Shown here: positions 33,513-43,061 of the stretch, one piece after another
Position numbering within the stretch: position 1 is the first letter of the stretch
How the letters are laid out: each line of letters begins with the position of its first letter
Assembly: GCA_036489235.1 (NCBI GenBank)
Contig: DASXGC010000334.1
Location: 1,850-65,849, forward strand
Origin: Vicinamibacterales bacterium
GTDB lineage: Bacteria > Acidobacteriota > Vicinamibacteria > Vicinamibacterales > CAVVIG01
Length of the DNA: 64,000 nt
Direction of reading: 5' to 3'
Made by a program: the position numbers and the translations under genes
The notes under the pieces: model-generated
What the model was told of the DNA's origin: nothing
Databases searched by the model: none
What the model saw: only the letters and a program-made list of their open reading frames with translations

Positions 33513-34382
33513 TCAGTGAGTCATCACCCAGACCGCGACGTTGACGCCGAGCGCGTACCCCGCCGGCGAGAATCGGTGAAAGTAGTCGGGACTGTCGCCC
33601 TCCCGTTCCCAGCTGTCGGAGGTGTCGCAGTTGAGGCTCACCAGCACCATTAGCCGGCTGTTCTCCCCGAAGATCGCGTACAGATGCGGCGGACCGGACC
33701 CGAACTCGTCTGCCTGCCCGCCGCTCCGACGCCACGATTCGATGCTCGGGATCTGCGGGATCTCGGACACGTTGTACAGCACCGAGAGGAGAGGGTGACC
33801 GGGCGTGATCTCCACAACCGGGTATTCCGGAAGAACCCTGACCAGGTTCGCCCTGATGTAGTCCCAGTCGGCGTCGGTCCAGTTGTCGTCCTGCCAGAGA
33901 AAGCCGCCCTTGAGGAAGTACCGGCGCAGCGTGGCGATCTCTTCAGGCGTGAAATCGTAGTTCGCCGCACCCTGCATCTTCAGGAACGGACAGCGGAACA
34001 GGTCCGGATCCTGCAGCGTGACTTGGGCAAATCCCGGGTCGCCGTTCGCCCAGCGGCTGATCGTCACGGTGCTGAGTTCCTCGAAGCGGCTCAGGAAGTT
34101 GAAGTCCGAAGCCGGGTAGTCGTCCCACCATCCGCTCTTGCGCTGGCGGCGAGTGCGCTCATAGCGCAGGCGACAGAGCGTGAAGCCGAGCCGGCGATCA
34201 GGGAGTCCGTGGTTCACCGGCGTGTTCATCTGGCGCGCGTAGCGCATGATCACCTGCGCGGCAACCGGACGGAGCGATACTGCCAACGAAACACCGAAGA
34301 ACAGGGCGACCGCGATGAGAAAACGCAGGCGCGCTGTTCTGTTTCGTCGGGGTCGACGATCGAGATCCGCGAGCACGCACAA
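33513..34382 (-). CDS. DUF4159 domain-containing protein
   Basis: N-terminal TM segment, then FTLCRLRYE...GWWDDYPASDFNFL...LFRCPFLKMQG...FLKGGFLWQDDNW, typical of DUF4159. Confidence 0.8.
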   Translation of the reverse strand: MCVLADLDRRPRRNRTARLRFLIAVALFFGVSLAVSLRPVAAQVIMRYARQMNTPVNHGLPDRRLGFTLCRLRYERTRRQRKSGWWDDYPASDFNFLSRFEELSTVTISRWANGDPGFAQVTLQDPDLFRCPFLKMQGAANYDFTPEEIATLRRYFLKGGFLWQDDNWTDADWDYIRANLVRVLPEYPVVEITPGHPLLSVLYNVSEIPQIPSIESWRRSGGQADEFGSGPPHLYAIFGENSRLMVLVSLNCDTSDSWEREGDSPDYFHRFSPAGYALGVNVAVWVMTH

Positions 34383-34400
34383 ATTGTACTGCCGGTTGTC

Positions 34401-34829
34401 CTACGAATTGCGGTTTCGCGGATCGTCTTTCGCGCTGAGGTATTCCAGTCCCAGCGGCCCGATCGCTGTGACTTGCGTGACGTACTCACCGGACTTCGCC
34501 CAGTGGAAGTGCGATGTATTCGCAGGCAGAACGATCACCGCACCAGGCGGATACGCCTGCAGTTTGTCGGCGTCGAATTCGTCGCCAAGGCCGATATAGA
34601 ACACGCCTGATATGACGGTGTAGATCCGGTCCTCGGAATGGCGATGCGGCATCAACTTCACGCCTCCGGGTACTTTGACTCTGACCAAGTAGGGACCCGG
34701 CTCCGTCGGCTGGCCAACAACCACGGCGAGTCGCGCCGCTGGTGGAAACGCCGGGAACGGTTTCCAATCCACCTCCTCAGGCAGAATCGCTCTGAACTCT
34801 CCCTGGCCAGGTTGGTGGAACTCTGTCAT
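34401..34829 (-). CDS. Cupin domain-containing protein
   Basis: ..VKLMPHRHSEDRIYTVISGVFYIGLGDEF...VLPANTSHFHW. Alternative start at ATG 34856. Confidence 0.8.
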   Translation of the reverse strand: MTEFHQPGQGEFRAILPEEVDWKPFPAFPPAARLAVVVGQPTEPGPYLVRVKVPGGVKLMPHRHSEDRIYTVISGVFYIGLGDEFDADKLQAYPPGAVIVLPANTSHFHWAKSGEYVTQVTAIGPLGLEYLSAKDDPRNRNS

Positions 34830-35062
34830 GTGCCCCCCGCTGAGATCGTTTCTCATTTGAGTCTGGGTTTTAGGGGCGCTTTCCGCGCCATTTGATCAAC
34901 ATGCCGATCAGCGTACTCCACGGCGGGCGAGCCCACCGTGATGTCGCAAATGGGCCTATGTATGCGGGCGTGATGGTCCTCGTGCTGTGCGAAAATCCGG
35001 CCTAACGCAGACGCCGCCCAACAGTCACAGGCCTACACACACGACATTTTGAAGGAGCCATC

Positions 35063-35488
35063 ATGTCGAGAGAATCGCGAATGTCAGCGGGCATCATCCT
35101 GGTCGTGCTGCCATCGGTGATGTACGGAGGTGTGTCCCTGCTCACCTTTCTGGTGGGCAACACGCCGGGGTACGCGGACAATCCGCTGCGTCAGAACCTG
35201 TGGCGTGCCGGGCACGCCCACGCTGGCGTCTATCTCGTGCTGTCACTCGTCATGCTGCGTTATGTGGACGAGGCGTCGCTATCGCCGTTCTGGAAATGGA
35301 TCGCCAGGACCGGCACCCCGACCGCGGCGATTCTCATTCCGGGCGCGTTCTTTCTTTCCGTTGCGTCGCCAACGGCAACGGCACCGAACGGCCTGCTGAA
35401 TCTCGCCTATCTCGGCGCCGCCTTGATGGCGGCATCGGTGCTGTCCCTCGGGGTCGGACTCATTCGCGCCGCACGGCGCATGGCCTGA
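35063..35488 (+). CDS. Integral membrane protein of unknown function (4 TM)
   Basis: GAAGGAG sits 6 nt before the ATG. Four hydrophobic segments and a conserved-looking WRAGHAHAGVYL. Confidence 0.7.
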   Translation: MSRESRMSAGIILVVLPSVMYGGVSLLTFLVGNTPGYADNPLRQNLWRAGHAHAGVYLVLSLVMLRYVDEASLSPFWKWIARTGTPTAAILIPGAFFLSVASPTATAPNGLLNLAYLGAALMAASVLSLGVGLIRAARRMA

Positions 35489-35543
35489 TGCGGCTGCGAG
35501 CTGCTTCCGCACGCGAAGGGCGTCACGTCCTCCTGAATGCGCA

Positions 35544-37586
35544 TCATCGATCGAAGACGATAAACGCGATTCGCTGCCGATACAGAACCAGCCGGTCGCG
35601 CATATCGGCGGCGCCCACCGGATTCTGGGCCCGCTCGGCGAGCCGCACCGCGGCCGTACCCGCAGCGATGGCGGCGTCGAATCGGCCGTCAGCTGCATAT
35701 GCTGCAGCCAATGCATCCAACGCCTCGGCATTGGCGCGATCGGTCAGCGCCACGGCACGCTCGGCAAGGAGGATCGCCTCCGCTGGCCGTCGAATCGTCG
35801 CCTCACGATGCGCGCTCAGGAGCCAGGCAAAGTTGATCAGACACGGAACTGAGTCGGCTTCGACGTTCAGCGCCAACCGATACTCCGCGACTGCGTCCAT
35901 TGGCCGGTTCGTTTCGATCAGCGCGCGCGCCAGGCTGCAGCGCGCCATCACCATCGTGTTGTCGTTTTTGAGCGCTGCCCGATACTCCGCGATCGCCTCG
36001 TCGAGTCGCTGACGGCGGTACCACAGGTTGGCCATCGCGTTGTGCGCGTTCGCGTATGACGGATCGAGGCGAATCGCCTGCGCGTACGCCGCTTCCGCCT
36101 GACTCTCTCGGCCGAGCGCTTCAAGCGTCACACCCTCGTTGTAGTGCGCCACGGCCGAATTCGGCTGCAACCGGGTGACGGCGGCGAAGTGCGTCAAGGC
36201 GCGGTCAAACAGACCAAGTTCGCGATAGATGAGCGCCGCGTCGTTACGGAGCGCAACGTAATCAGGATCGCGCGCAATCAACACCTCGGATCCGACGGCG
36301 TCCTCCTTGGTCATCTTACGCCGGGCGGCCTCGGTGAACAGTCGCCGGTCGGCCTCGTCCCTGGTCAGCACCTGGATCCACACGTCGGCCATTTCGTCCG
36401 ATGAGCGCCAGCCCCATGACACACGCGAGGGCGGCTGACTCGGATTTCGCGGGTTGCTCGCCGAGTTATCAAAGACATACGTCATCTGCAGGACGGTCCC
36501 GGCCCGCAGCTGAATGGGATTGGCGAGCCGATATTGGTCCTGCCAGCCGAAGTCCCAATCGCTGATGTGCATCAGCGGAACCCTTGAGCCGTCAGGAGCG
36601 GTCGCCCACGCGGCGACTTCGCGCGCCCGGTAATGCGCGTGCGGCTGCACCGTAATGACCCGCGCATCAACGGGCAACTGAAACGTGTCGGTGACTCGAT
36701 ACGCCGGCGCCTCGGCAGGGATATCCAGATTCTGCCGACCAAGCCGCACAATCGCCGGGGTTCGGCGCGGCGGATCGGGAGCGAAGTAGAGTCCGATGAG
36801 CGGTGCGATCTGCTCGACGCGGCCGGTCGGCCGCATGTGCATCTGGACGACGAAGTCAGTGCCACCGGCGAGCGTCCATGCGGCCTCCTTCGAGGGCGGA
36901 GCCGCCTGCCCAGGCGTCCATCCGAGAAACTGACCGTCCGGATAGTCCGCCGAATGCAGGATCATGCCCTCGTACCCGGGCGCCGGATCGGCATCGTCCA
37001 GGGCGCGGGATGCCGGAGTGCGATCGACGCGGATGTTCGCGTGGTGGACGGCGCGGTTGGCCGGGCGAAAAATCAACCCTCGCACGTATCGATTGCCCTT
37101 GCCGGGCACTGGGACCACGAAATTGCGGAAGACATCGGTGCCGTCGGCGCGCAAGGTGTAGGTCGGGAGCGTGAGCACGAGATCGGGCGTGCCCCACAGC
37201 CAGCCGCCGGTGGGCGCCGGCGGCGTTGGGAGGTCCTCGGGGCGACCTTCGGGTGCGCCGGCCCTGGCCCATCGGTCGATCACACCGATCTCGTCGACGG
37301 TCAATCGGCGAGCGCCGACGAACGCCGGAGAGTCGCCGTCGGGTTTCCACGGCGGCATGATGCGTTTCGCCGTCACCTCCGCGATCTGGCGTGAGCGTCG
37401 GCGGACCTCGTCGTAGCTGACGAGGCTGAACGGCGCGTCGCCGTCGCGCTGATGGCAGGAGACGCAGCGGGTATAGACGATCGGCGCGATGTCCCTTGTG
37501 AACGTCGGCGGGTCATTCGCGGCTGCTCCGCCAAGGCACGAAGCTGCGAGCACCGATCCACAAACAAGACGGGCCACGTTACTCAT
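35544..37586 (-). CDS. Secreted c-type-cytochrome-motif / beta-sandwich / TPR repeat protein
   Basis: Signal peptide. CxxCH haem motif (CVSCH) in the context FTRDIAPIVYTRCVSCHQRDG. A central His-rich beta domain (..VQPHAHYRAREV..DWDFGWQDQY). The C-terminal ~250 aa are TPR repeats. Confidence 0.75.
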   Translation of the reverse strand: MSNVARLVCGSVLAASCLGGAAANDPPTFTRDIAPIVYTRCVSCHQRDGDAPFSLVSYDEVRRRSRQIAEVTAKRIMPPWKPDGDSPAFVGARRLTVDEIGVIDRWARAGAPEGRPEDLPTPPAPTGGWLWGTPDLVLTLPTYTLRADGTDVFRNFVVPVPGKGNRYVRGLIFRPANRAVHHANIRVDRTPASRALDDADPAPGYEGMILHSADYPDGQFLGWTPGQAAPPSKEAAWTLAGGTDFVVQMHMRPTGRVEQIAPLIGLYFAPDPPRRTPAIVRLGRQNLDIPAEAPAYRVTDTFQLPVDARVITVQPHAHYRAREVAAWATAPDGSRVPLMHISDWDFGWQDQYRLANPIQLRAGTVLQMTYVFDNSASNPRNPSQPPSRVSWGWRSSDEMADVWIQVLTRDEADRRLFTEAARRKMTKEDAVGSEVLIARDPDYVALRNDAALIYRELGLFDRALTHFAAVTRLQPNSAVAHYNEGVTLEALGRESQAEAAYAQAIRLDPSYANAHNAMANLWYRRQRLDEAIAEYRAALKNDNTMVMARCSLARALIETNRPMDAVAEYRLALNVEADSVPCLINFAWLLSAHREATIRRPAEAILLAERAVALTDRANAEALDALAAAYAADGRFDAAIAAGTAAVRLAERAQNPVGAADMRDRLVLYRQRIAFIVFDR

Positions 37587-38283
37587 CGGCGATCTTGTAT
37601 CCGTCGCCCCAGACCGTGAGGATGTAAGTCGGGACCGCTGGATCGGGCTCGATCTTCAGACGCAGCCGGCGCACGAGGGTGTCGATGCTCCGTTCCGTTA
37701 CGTACGCCTCGCCTTGCCAGATATCCGCGAGCAGGCGCTCGCGAGTGAAGACTTCACCCGGACTCGCGGCCAGCCGGTACAGCAAACGGAACTCGTGCGG
37801 CGTCACCGGCACCGCCGCCCCGCGAACGGCCACACTTCGGCGCGCCGGGTCGAGTCGCAAGGCGCGGACGACAAGCGGCGGCGCCGCGGCCAGCGTATCG
37901 ACGGGCGTCCTCCTGACGCGCCGGGTAAGCGCGCCAACACGCGCGCTCAGTTCCTTCATGCTGAACGGCTTGGTCAGGTAGTCGTCAGCGCCCTGGCCGA
38001 ACCCCGCGAGCTTGTCCGGTTCTTCGCACCGAGCCGTGAGGAACAGGATCGGGACGTCCCGATTAGGGCTGTGGGTCCTGATCGCACGACAGACCGCAAG
38101 TCCGTCCATCCCGGGCAGCATGACGTCGAGGAGGATGACGTCGAACGCCTGGCGATTCGCGATCTTGAGGGCGTCGTGTCCATCGGGAGCGGAGACGCAC
38201 TTGTAGCCTTCCATTTCGAAATGCGAGCGCAACAGATCTCGGATGGTTCGCTCGTCCTCGACGATCAGGAGCTGCAGCGCCAT
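37579..38283 (-). CDS. OmpR/PhoB-family response regulator
   Basis: Receiver domain (LLIVEDE..VILLDVMLPGMDG) plus a winged-helix trans_reg_C domain (..LTPHEFRLLYRLA..VWGDGYK). Its stop region overlaps the start of the downstream TPR gene by 8 nt. Confidence 0.9.
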   Translation of the reverse strand: MALQLLIVEDERTIRDLLRSHFEMEGYKCVSAPDGHDALKIANRQAFDVILLDVMLPGMDGLAVCRAIRTHSPNRDVPILFLTARCEEPDKLAGFGQGADDYLTKPFSMKELSARVGALTRRVRRTPVDTLAAAPPLVVRALRLDPARRSVAVRGAAVPVTPHEFRLLYRLAASPGEVFTRERLLADIWQGEAYVTERSIDTLVRRLRLKIEPDPAVPTYILTVWGDGYKIADE

Positions 38284-38476
38284 TAGATCAGCTGCCGGAG
38301 GATGTGCACCGAGTGTTCAAGCTTCTGGACAAGTAGTCAGGCATCGGCGCTGCCACCGGCGTATTTTCGGCCTGGTAACACTCTTTTAACAATTCCTTTC
38401 TTGCCTCCCGGCAGGACGACGTTAGTCTACGTTCGCCAAACACGGCTGGACGAAAAACACGCCCAAGGAGGTCGCG

Positions 38477-41464
38477 ATGCGACGAGTTGTCGGTCTCTCC
38501 TTCGTAGCTCTGCTGTGGTTCGTCGTTTCGCCCGGGGCTGCGTTTGGGCAGACCACCGGTATTGCTGGCGTCGTGAAGGACGCGACCGGAGCCATATTGC
38601 CCGGCGTGACCGTCGAGGCAACCAGTGACGCGCTCATCGAGCGGAGCCGGACCGCGACCACTGACTCAAGGGGGGAGTACAAGATTCTCGATCTGCGGCC
38701 AGGGGCCTACACAGTTATGTTCACGTTGACGGGATTCACGTCCTTCAAGCGTGAAGGCATCGAACTGCCAGCGCAGTTCACCGCGACGGTCAACGCGGAT
38801 CTGAGGGTCGGCACGCTCGAGGAAACGGTCGTTGTCAGCGCCGCGTCACCCGTCGTCGACGTCCAGAACGTGATCAAGCGTCAGGTGATCGGCGCGGACG
38901 TCATCGCCGCGATGCCGACTTCGAAGAACTGGTCGACGATCGGCATCATGACCGTCGGCGTATACAGCAATCAGAACGACGTCGGCGGATCGGCCGGCGA
39001 GCACCAGAATCAGCTGAAGGCGCACGGCGGATCTTTCAACGACAGGCTCGTGCAGCTCGACGGCCTGATGAACGCGAATATGGCCTGCAACTATTCGTGT
39101 ACCGGGTTGTCGACCAACGACGCGTCCACACAGGAGCTCAGTTATGAGTTCGGCGCCATCTCATCGGAGGTCGGCGGCGGCGGCGTGCGCGTGAACATCA
39201 TCCCGAAAGAAGGCGGCAACCGCTTCAGCGGCTCGGCGTTTGGAAATTTCGCGAACAACAACCTGCAGGCAAACAACATCGACGACACGCTGCGTGCGCA
39301 GGGCATTACCACCGGGGACAGCATCCGCAAGATTTGGGACTCGAGTTTTGCCATCGGCGGCCCAATCATGAAAGACAAGCTCTGGTTCTGGACGGCGCAT
39401 CGATACTGGGGCTACGAGCAGGTGCGAACCAACACGTTCTACGAATCCAGCCAGTCAACGTTCGTCTTCACGCCTGATCTGAGCCGGCCGGGCACCGAGA
39501 CCCAGCAGAACGAGAGCAGCGACATTCGCCTGACGTGGCAGATCAGCCCGCGGAACAAGCTGTCGGGCTACGCGAACATCGGTCCGCGCAAGACTGAGCA
39601 CTGGACACTCGTGAGCACCGAGCAGCCGGACGCGTCCAATTTGCAGAACCTTCCGAAGAACAACTTCGAGACGCTGCGGTTCACCTCGACGATCTCGTCG
39701 AAGCTGCTGTTCGAGGCCGCCGCTGGCGTGATGAACGAGACGTGGACGCGCGAGCCGGTCACGGATTCGGCGACCTCCCTCGGCTATCCGGTCACCGAAC
39801 TGACCACCGGCGTGAACTTCCGTGCGTATTCGGGAACGTTCTCGCGCAACTACACCTCCTTGCGCTCGTACCGCAGTTCGCTCAACTACGTTACTGGATC
39901 GCATGCTTTGAAAGTCGGGACGACGCTGCAGAACGGGCCCGCCGATACCGACATCTGGACGAACAAAGACACCGGGCTGATCGTGCGCAACGGTCAACCT
40001 TTTCAGGTCACCGTGCGGACGACGCCGTACACGACGCACGAGGTGCTGGTGGCGGACCTCGGACTGTACGCTCAGGATACGTGGACCTTGAAGCGTCTCA
40101 CCGTCAATGCCGGACTGCGGTTCGACTATCTGAACAACCGCGTGGACCCACAGAGCGCTCCTGGCGGAACGTGGATTGGTCCCCGCACGTATCCCGAGCT
40201 GGACAATGTTCCTGACTACAAGGATCTGTCGCCGCGGCTCGGGATCGCTTACGACGTCTTTGGGAACGGAAAGACCGCATTGAAGGCCACCTTGAGCCGC
40301 TACGTAGTGACATCCACGGTCGGCACAGCGCGGCTGCTGAATCCGATTAACACGTCGGTCAACACGGCCACCCGATCCTGGATTGACACCAATGGCGACG
40401 GCATCCCCCAGGTCTCGGAGCTCGGCCCGCTCAGCAACAGCGCCTTCGGACAGATCAACGCCGCCACCCAGTACGATCCGGCAACGATCTCCGGCTTCGA
40501 CAAACGACCCAACAATTGGGAAGTCTCCACGACCCTCAGTCACGAAATCGTGTCGCGGGTGTCGGCCGAGGTTTCGTACTTCCGCCGCGCGTACGGTCAC
40601 TTCACGACGACCGACAACCTCGACGTGACCCCGGCCGATTTCTCGCCGTATTGCGTGACTGCGCCGACGGATTCCAGGCTGCCCGGCGGCGGCGGTTATC
40701 CAGTGTGCGGACTCTACGACATTTCGGCCCCGAAGTTCGGGCTTGCCACGCATAACCTGGTCACGTTCGTGGACAACTACGGCAAGCAGACTCAGGTCTT
40801 CAACGGTGTCGATCTCTCAGTCAACGCCCGGGTGCGGAGCGACCTGTTCATGACTGGCGGATTCTCGACCGGCAACACGCACTTCAACAACTGCGCGGCG
40901 TTCGTCGACAATCCCTCCACGCAGTTCGGGATTTCAACGGTGGCGACGTACCCGTCCAATCCCGGCACAGCGACCAACTTCGCCTACTGCAACTACAACA
41001 CGAGCTGGCTTGCGCAACTGAAGCTGACCGGCGCCTACACGCTTCCGTGGCAGAAGATCCAGATCAGCAGCGTGCTGCAGAACCTGCCGGGGCAGATGGT
41101 TCTTGCCCAGTGGAATATCACGCAGGCTGATGTGGCGGCCAATGGATCGCTCGGGCGCGCGTTGTCGGGTGGCGCGAACACGTCGCGCGTTGTGCCGCTC
41201 ATCCAGCCTGGCACTGAATACACGCCGCGACGAACTCAGGTGGACTTCCGGTTCGCGAAAACCGTCAACGTGGCGGGCTCGAAGAAGCTCCAGGTCATGG
41301 CCGACCTGTTCAATGCGTTCAACTCGAACGCGGCGGTCGGCGCGACGTCGAACGCCGGCGAACCACCCGCCGCGATCAACACTACATACGGCTCCGCCTG
41401 GCTGAAGCCCCTCAACATTCTGCAAGCGAGGTATGTGAAATTTGGTGCACAGTTTCAGTTCTGA
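38477..41464 (+). CDS. TonB-dependent receptor-like outer membrane protein with an N-terminal carboxypeptidase-regulatory-like domain
   Basis: Signal peptide. GIAGVVKDATGAILPGVTVEATS..TDSRGEYKILDLRPGAYTVMFTLTGF. 995 aa, ending in a terminal aromatic residue (..FGAQFQF). Confidence 0.85.
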   Translation: MRRVVGLSFVALLWFVVSPGAAFGQTTGIAGVVKDATGAILPGVTVEATSDALIERSRTATTDSRGEYKILDLRPGAYTVMFTLTGFTSFKREGIELPAQFTATVNADLRVGTLEETVVVSAASPVVDVQNVIKRQVIGADVIAAMPTSKNWSTIGIMTVGVYSNQNDVGGSAGEHQNQLKAHGGSFNDRLVQLDGLMNANMACNYSCTGLSTNDASTQELSYEFGAISSEVGGGGVRVNIIPKEGGNRFSGSAFGNFANNNLQANNIDDTLRAQGITTGDSIRKIWDSSFAIGGPIMKDKLWFWTAHRYWGYEQVRTNTFYESSQSTFVFTPDLSRPGTETQQNESSDIRLTWQISPRNKLSGYANIGPRKTEHWTLVSTEQPDASNLQNLPKNNFETLRFTSTISSKLLFEAAAGVMNETWTREPVTDSATSLGYPVTELTTGVNFRAYSGTFSRNYTSLRSYRSSLNYVTGSHALKVGTTLQNGPADTDIWTNKDTGLIVRNGQPFQVTVRTTPYTTHEVLVADLGLYAQDTWTLKRLTVNAGLRFDYLNNRVDPQSAPGGTWIGPRTYPELDNVPDYKDLSPRLGIAYDVFGNGKTALKATLSRYVVTSTVGTARLLNPINTSVNTATRSWIDTNGDGIPQVSELGPLSNSAFGQINAATQYDPATISGFDKRPNNWEVSTTLSHEIVSRVSAEVSYFRRAYGHFTTTDNLDVTPADFSPYCVTAPTDSRLPGGGGYPVCGLYDISAPKFGLATHNLVTFVDNYGKQTQVFNGVDLSVNARVRSDLFMTGGFSTGNTHFNNCAAFVDNPSTQFGISTVATYPSNPGTATNFAYCNYNTSWLAQLKLTGAYTLPWQKIQISSVLQNLPGQMVLAQWNITQADVAANGSLGRALSGGANTSRVVPLIQPGTEYTPRRTQVDFRFAKTVNVAGSKKLQVMADLFNAFNSNAAVGATSNAGEPPAAINTTYGSAWLKPLNILQARYVKFGAQFQF

Positions 41465-41495
41465 GGTTGCGAATGCCCGCGGTGACGAACGCCTC

Positions 41496-42371
41496 ATGAT
41501 TCGTGTGCTCACACTCAGCCTGCTTGTCGTCGTTGGCGTGTCGGCGACGGCGTTTCAGAACGTTGCACCGCCGGCAGCGCATTTCCATCACGTCCACGTC
41601 AACTCGACCAACCCGTTGAAGACGCAACAGTTCTACGAGAGCACCTTCGGCGCCCAACCTGTCAAGTTCAAGGACACGACGGACGCGCTGTTTGTCAGTC
41701 GCGGCTTCATCCTGATCAACAAGGTCAGCGAGACGCCGAAGGATCTCGAGAGCACCGCTATCCGCCACATCGGTTGGGCAGGCGTCGACGGCCCAAATGA
41801 GTTCGCACATCTGAAAGAAAAGGGGGCGCAGTTCCACACCCCCCTCACGCCGCTCGGGTCCAACTGGTTTTTCTATGTCTTCGGGCCCGATCGCGAGATC
41901 GCCGAGGTCTATACCGGCGATCAGAATCACCTGTTCAACCACGTCCACTTGTCGGTGGACAACATCGCGACGACGGCCGATTGGTACGAGCGGATGGTCG
42001 GGATGAAATTTCCCGCGACCGCCAGGAGTCCCCGTCCGACCGATCCGAATGCGCGGTGGGGAACGAGCTCACGGCTCGATGGCGTGAGCTTCGTGTTCAT
42101 CTACAAAGATCACTACTATGCCGACTCGGAGCACCGCCTGCCGGTTGGACGGCAGCTGCAGAACACGCAGGGCAGCGCGGTAGACCACATTGCGTTCTCA
42201 TACGAGAACATCGCGCCAGAGCTGGCCCGGATGAAGGCGGCTGGCGCAACGATCCTGCAGCCTATTGCCGATCGTCCTGATGGTGTGAAGAGCTTCTTCG
42301 TCGCTGGACCGGACTCAGTGCTGGTCGAGGTGGTCGAGGCGAAGCCGATTCCTGACGGTCTGTGGCGCTAG
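41496..42371 (+). CDS. Secreted tandem VOC-domain protein
   Basis: Signal peptide MIRVLTLSLLVVVGVSATA. Two glyoxalase-like halves (HFHHVHVNS.., LFNHVHLSVDN..). Confidence 0.7.
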   Translation: MIRVLTLSLLVVVGVSATAFQNVAPPAAHFHHVHVNSTNPLKTQQFYESTFGAQPVKFKDTTDALFVSRGFILINKVSETPKDLESTAIRHIGWAGVDGPNEFAHLKEKGAQFHTPLTPLGSNWFFYVFGPDREIAEVYTGDQNHLFNHVHLSVDNIATTADWYERMVGMKFPATARSPRPTDPNARWGTSSRLDGVSFVFIYKDHYYADSEHRLPVGRQLQNTQGSAVDHIAFSYENIAPELARMKAAGATILQPIADRPDGVKSFFVAGPDSVLVEVVEAKPIPDGLWR

Positions 42372-42399
42372 GAGAGTTCCTGGTCCCGAGCAACAGGTC

Positions 42400-42984
42400 C
42401 TACGGTGCGTCCAGGACACTGAGGGCAAGTTTGGCGACCTGCCGCAGCGCGCGTCGATCAGATTTCAGCCTCGCCATCGCCCGCATACCCTGAATCGTGC
42501 TCGCGAAGAATTTCGCCAGGGCCTGCGGATCATGCTTTTTTGACAACTCGCCCCGCGACTGTCCCTCGGCAATCGCAGTCGCGAAGATCGCCTCGACTGA
42601 TGCCTGATTGTCGCGGAGAAAGGCGGCGACGACACGGTCGCTTGCATCGCGCTCGAGATTCGCGCTGAGAAGGAGGCATCCTCTGGCATGTTGCTCCTCG
42701 GATTCCGCACTCATGCCGAGTAGCAGCCGCGAAAAGCCGTCCCGCGTCTTCGTGACCGACTCAAACAGTTCTCGCATGGAGGTGAGGGTCTGGTCGCGGT
42801 AATACACCAACGCCTTGAGGTACAAGGCGCGCTTGTCGCCGAACGTGTCGTACAGACTCTGCTTGGAAATCCCCATCGCCAGCAGCAGGACGTCCAACGA
42901 GGCGCGCTCGTACCCTGCGCGCCAAAATACCTCCATCGCAGCGGCTAACGCCTGCCGTTCGTCAAACGCCTTGGGCCGAGCCAT
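42400..42984 (-). CDS. TetR/AcrR family transcriptional regulator
   Basis: HTH: YERASLDVLLLAMGISKQSLYDTFGDKRALY. Confidence 0.9.
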   Translation of the reverse strand: MARPKAFDERQALAAAMEVFWRAGYERASLDVLLLAMGISKQSLYDTFGDKRALYLKALVYYRDQTLTSMRELFESVTKTRDGFSRLLLGMSAESEEQHARGCLLLSANLERDASDRVVAAFLRDNQASVEAIFATAIAEGQSRGELSKKHDPQALAKFFASTIQGMRAMARLKSDRRALRQVAKLALSVLDAP

Positions 42985-43021
42985 GCAAACCTGCGATCAG
43001 TCTACCGCCGGGCGACCTACG

Positions 43022-43055
43022 TTGACTTGGCTTAATTCCAGACTGTATAGTCCGG
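43022..43055 (+). promoter_or_regulatory. Sigma-70-like promoter with an overlapping imperfect palindrome (candidate TetR operator)
   Basis: TTGACT at 43022-27, an 18-nt spacer, then TG-TATAGT at 43044-51. Near-palindrome CCAGACTGT/ATAGTCCGG at 43038-55. Confidence 0.5.
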
Positions 43056-43061
43056 AATAAC

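Noticed and set aside
34873-34889. GGGGCGCTTTCCGCGCC upstream of the cupin gene. It resembles the enhancer-like motif and, on the minus strand, a -24/-12 site (TGGCGCG-GAAA-GCGCC).
   Set aside because: The -12 region lacks the TTGC core, and the spacing of the CGCG halves (N5) differs from the other sites. It is ambiguous between promoter and motif, so I did not call it.
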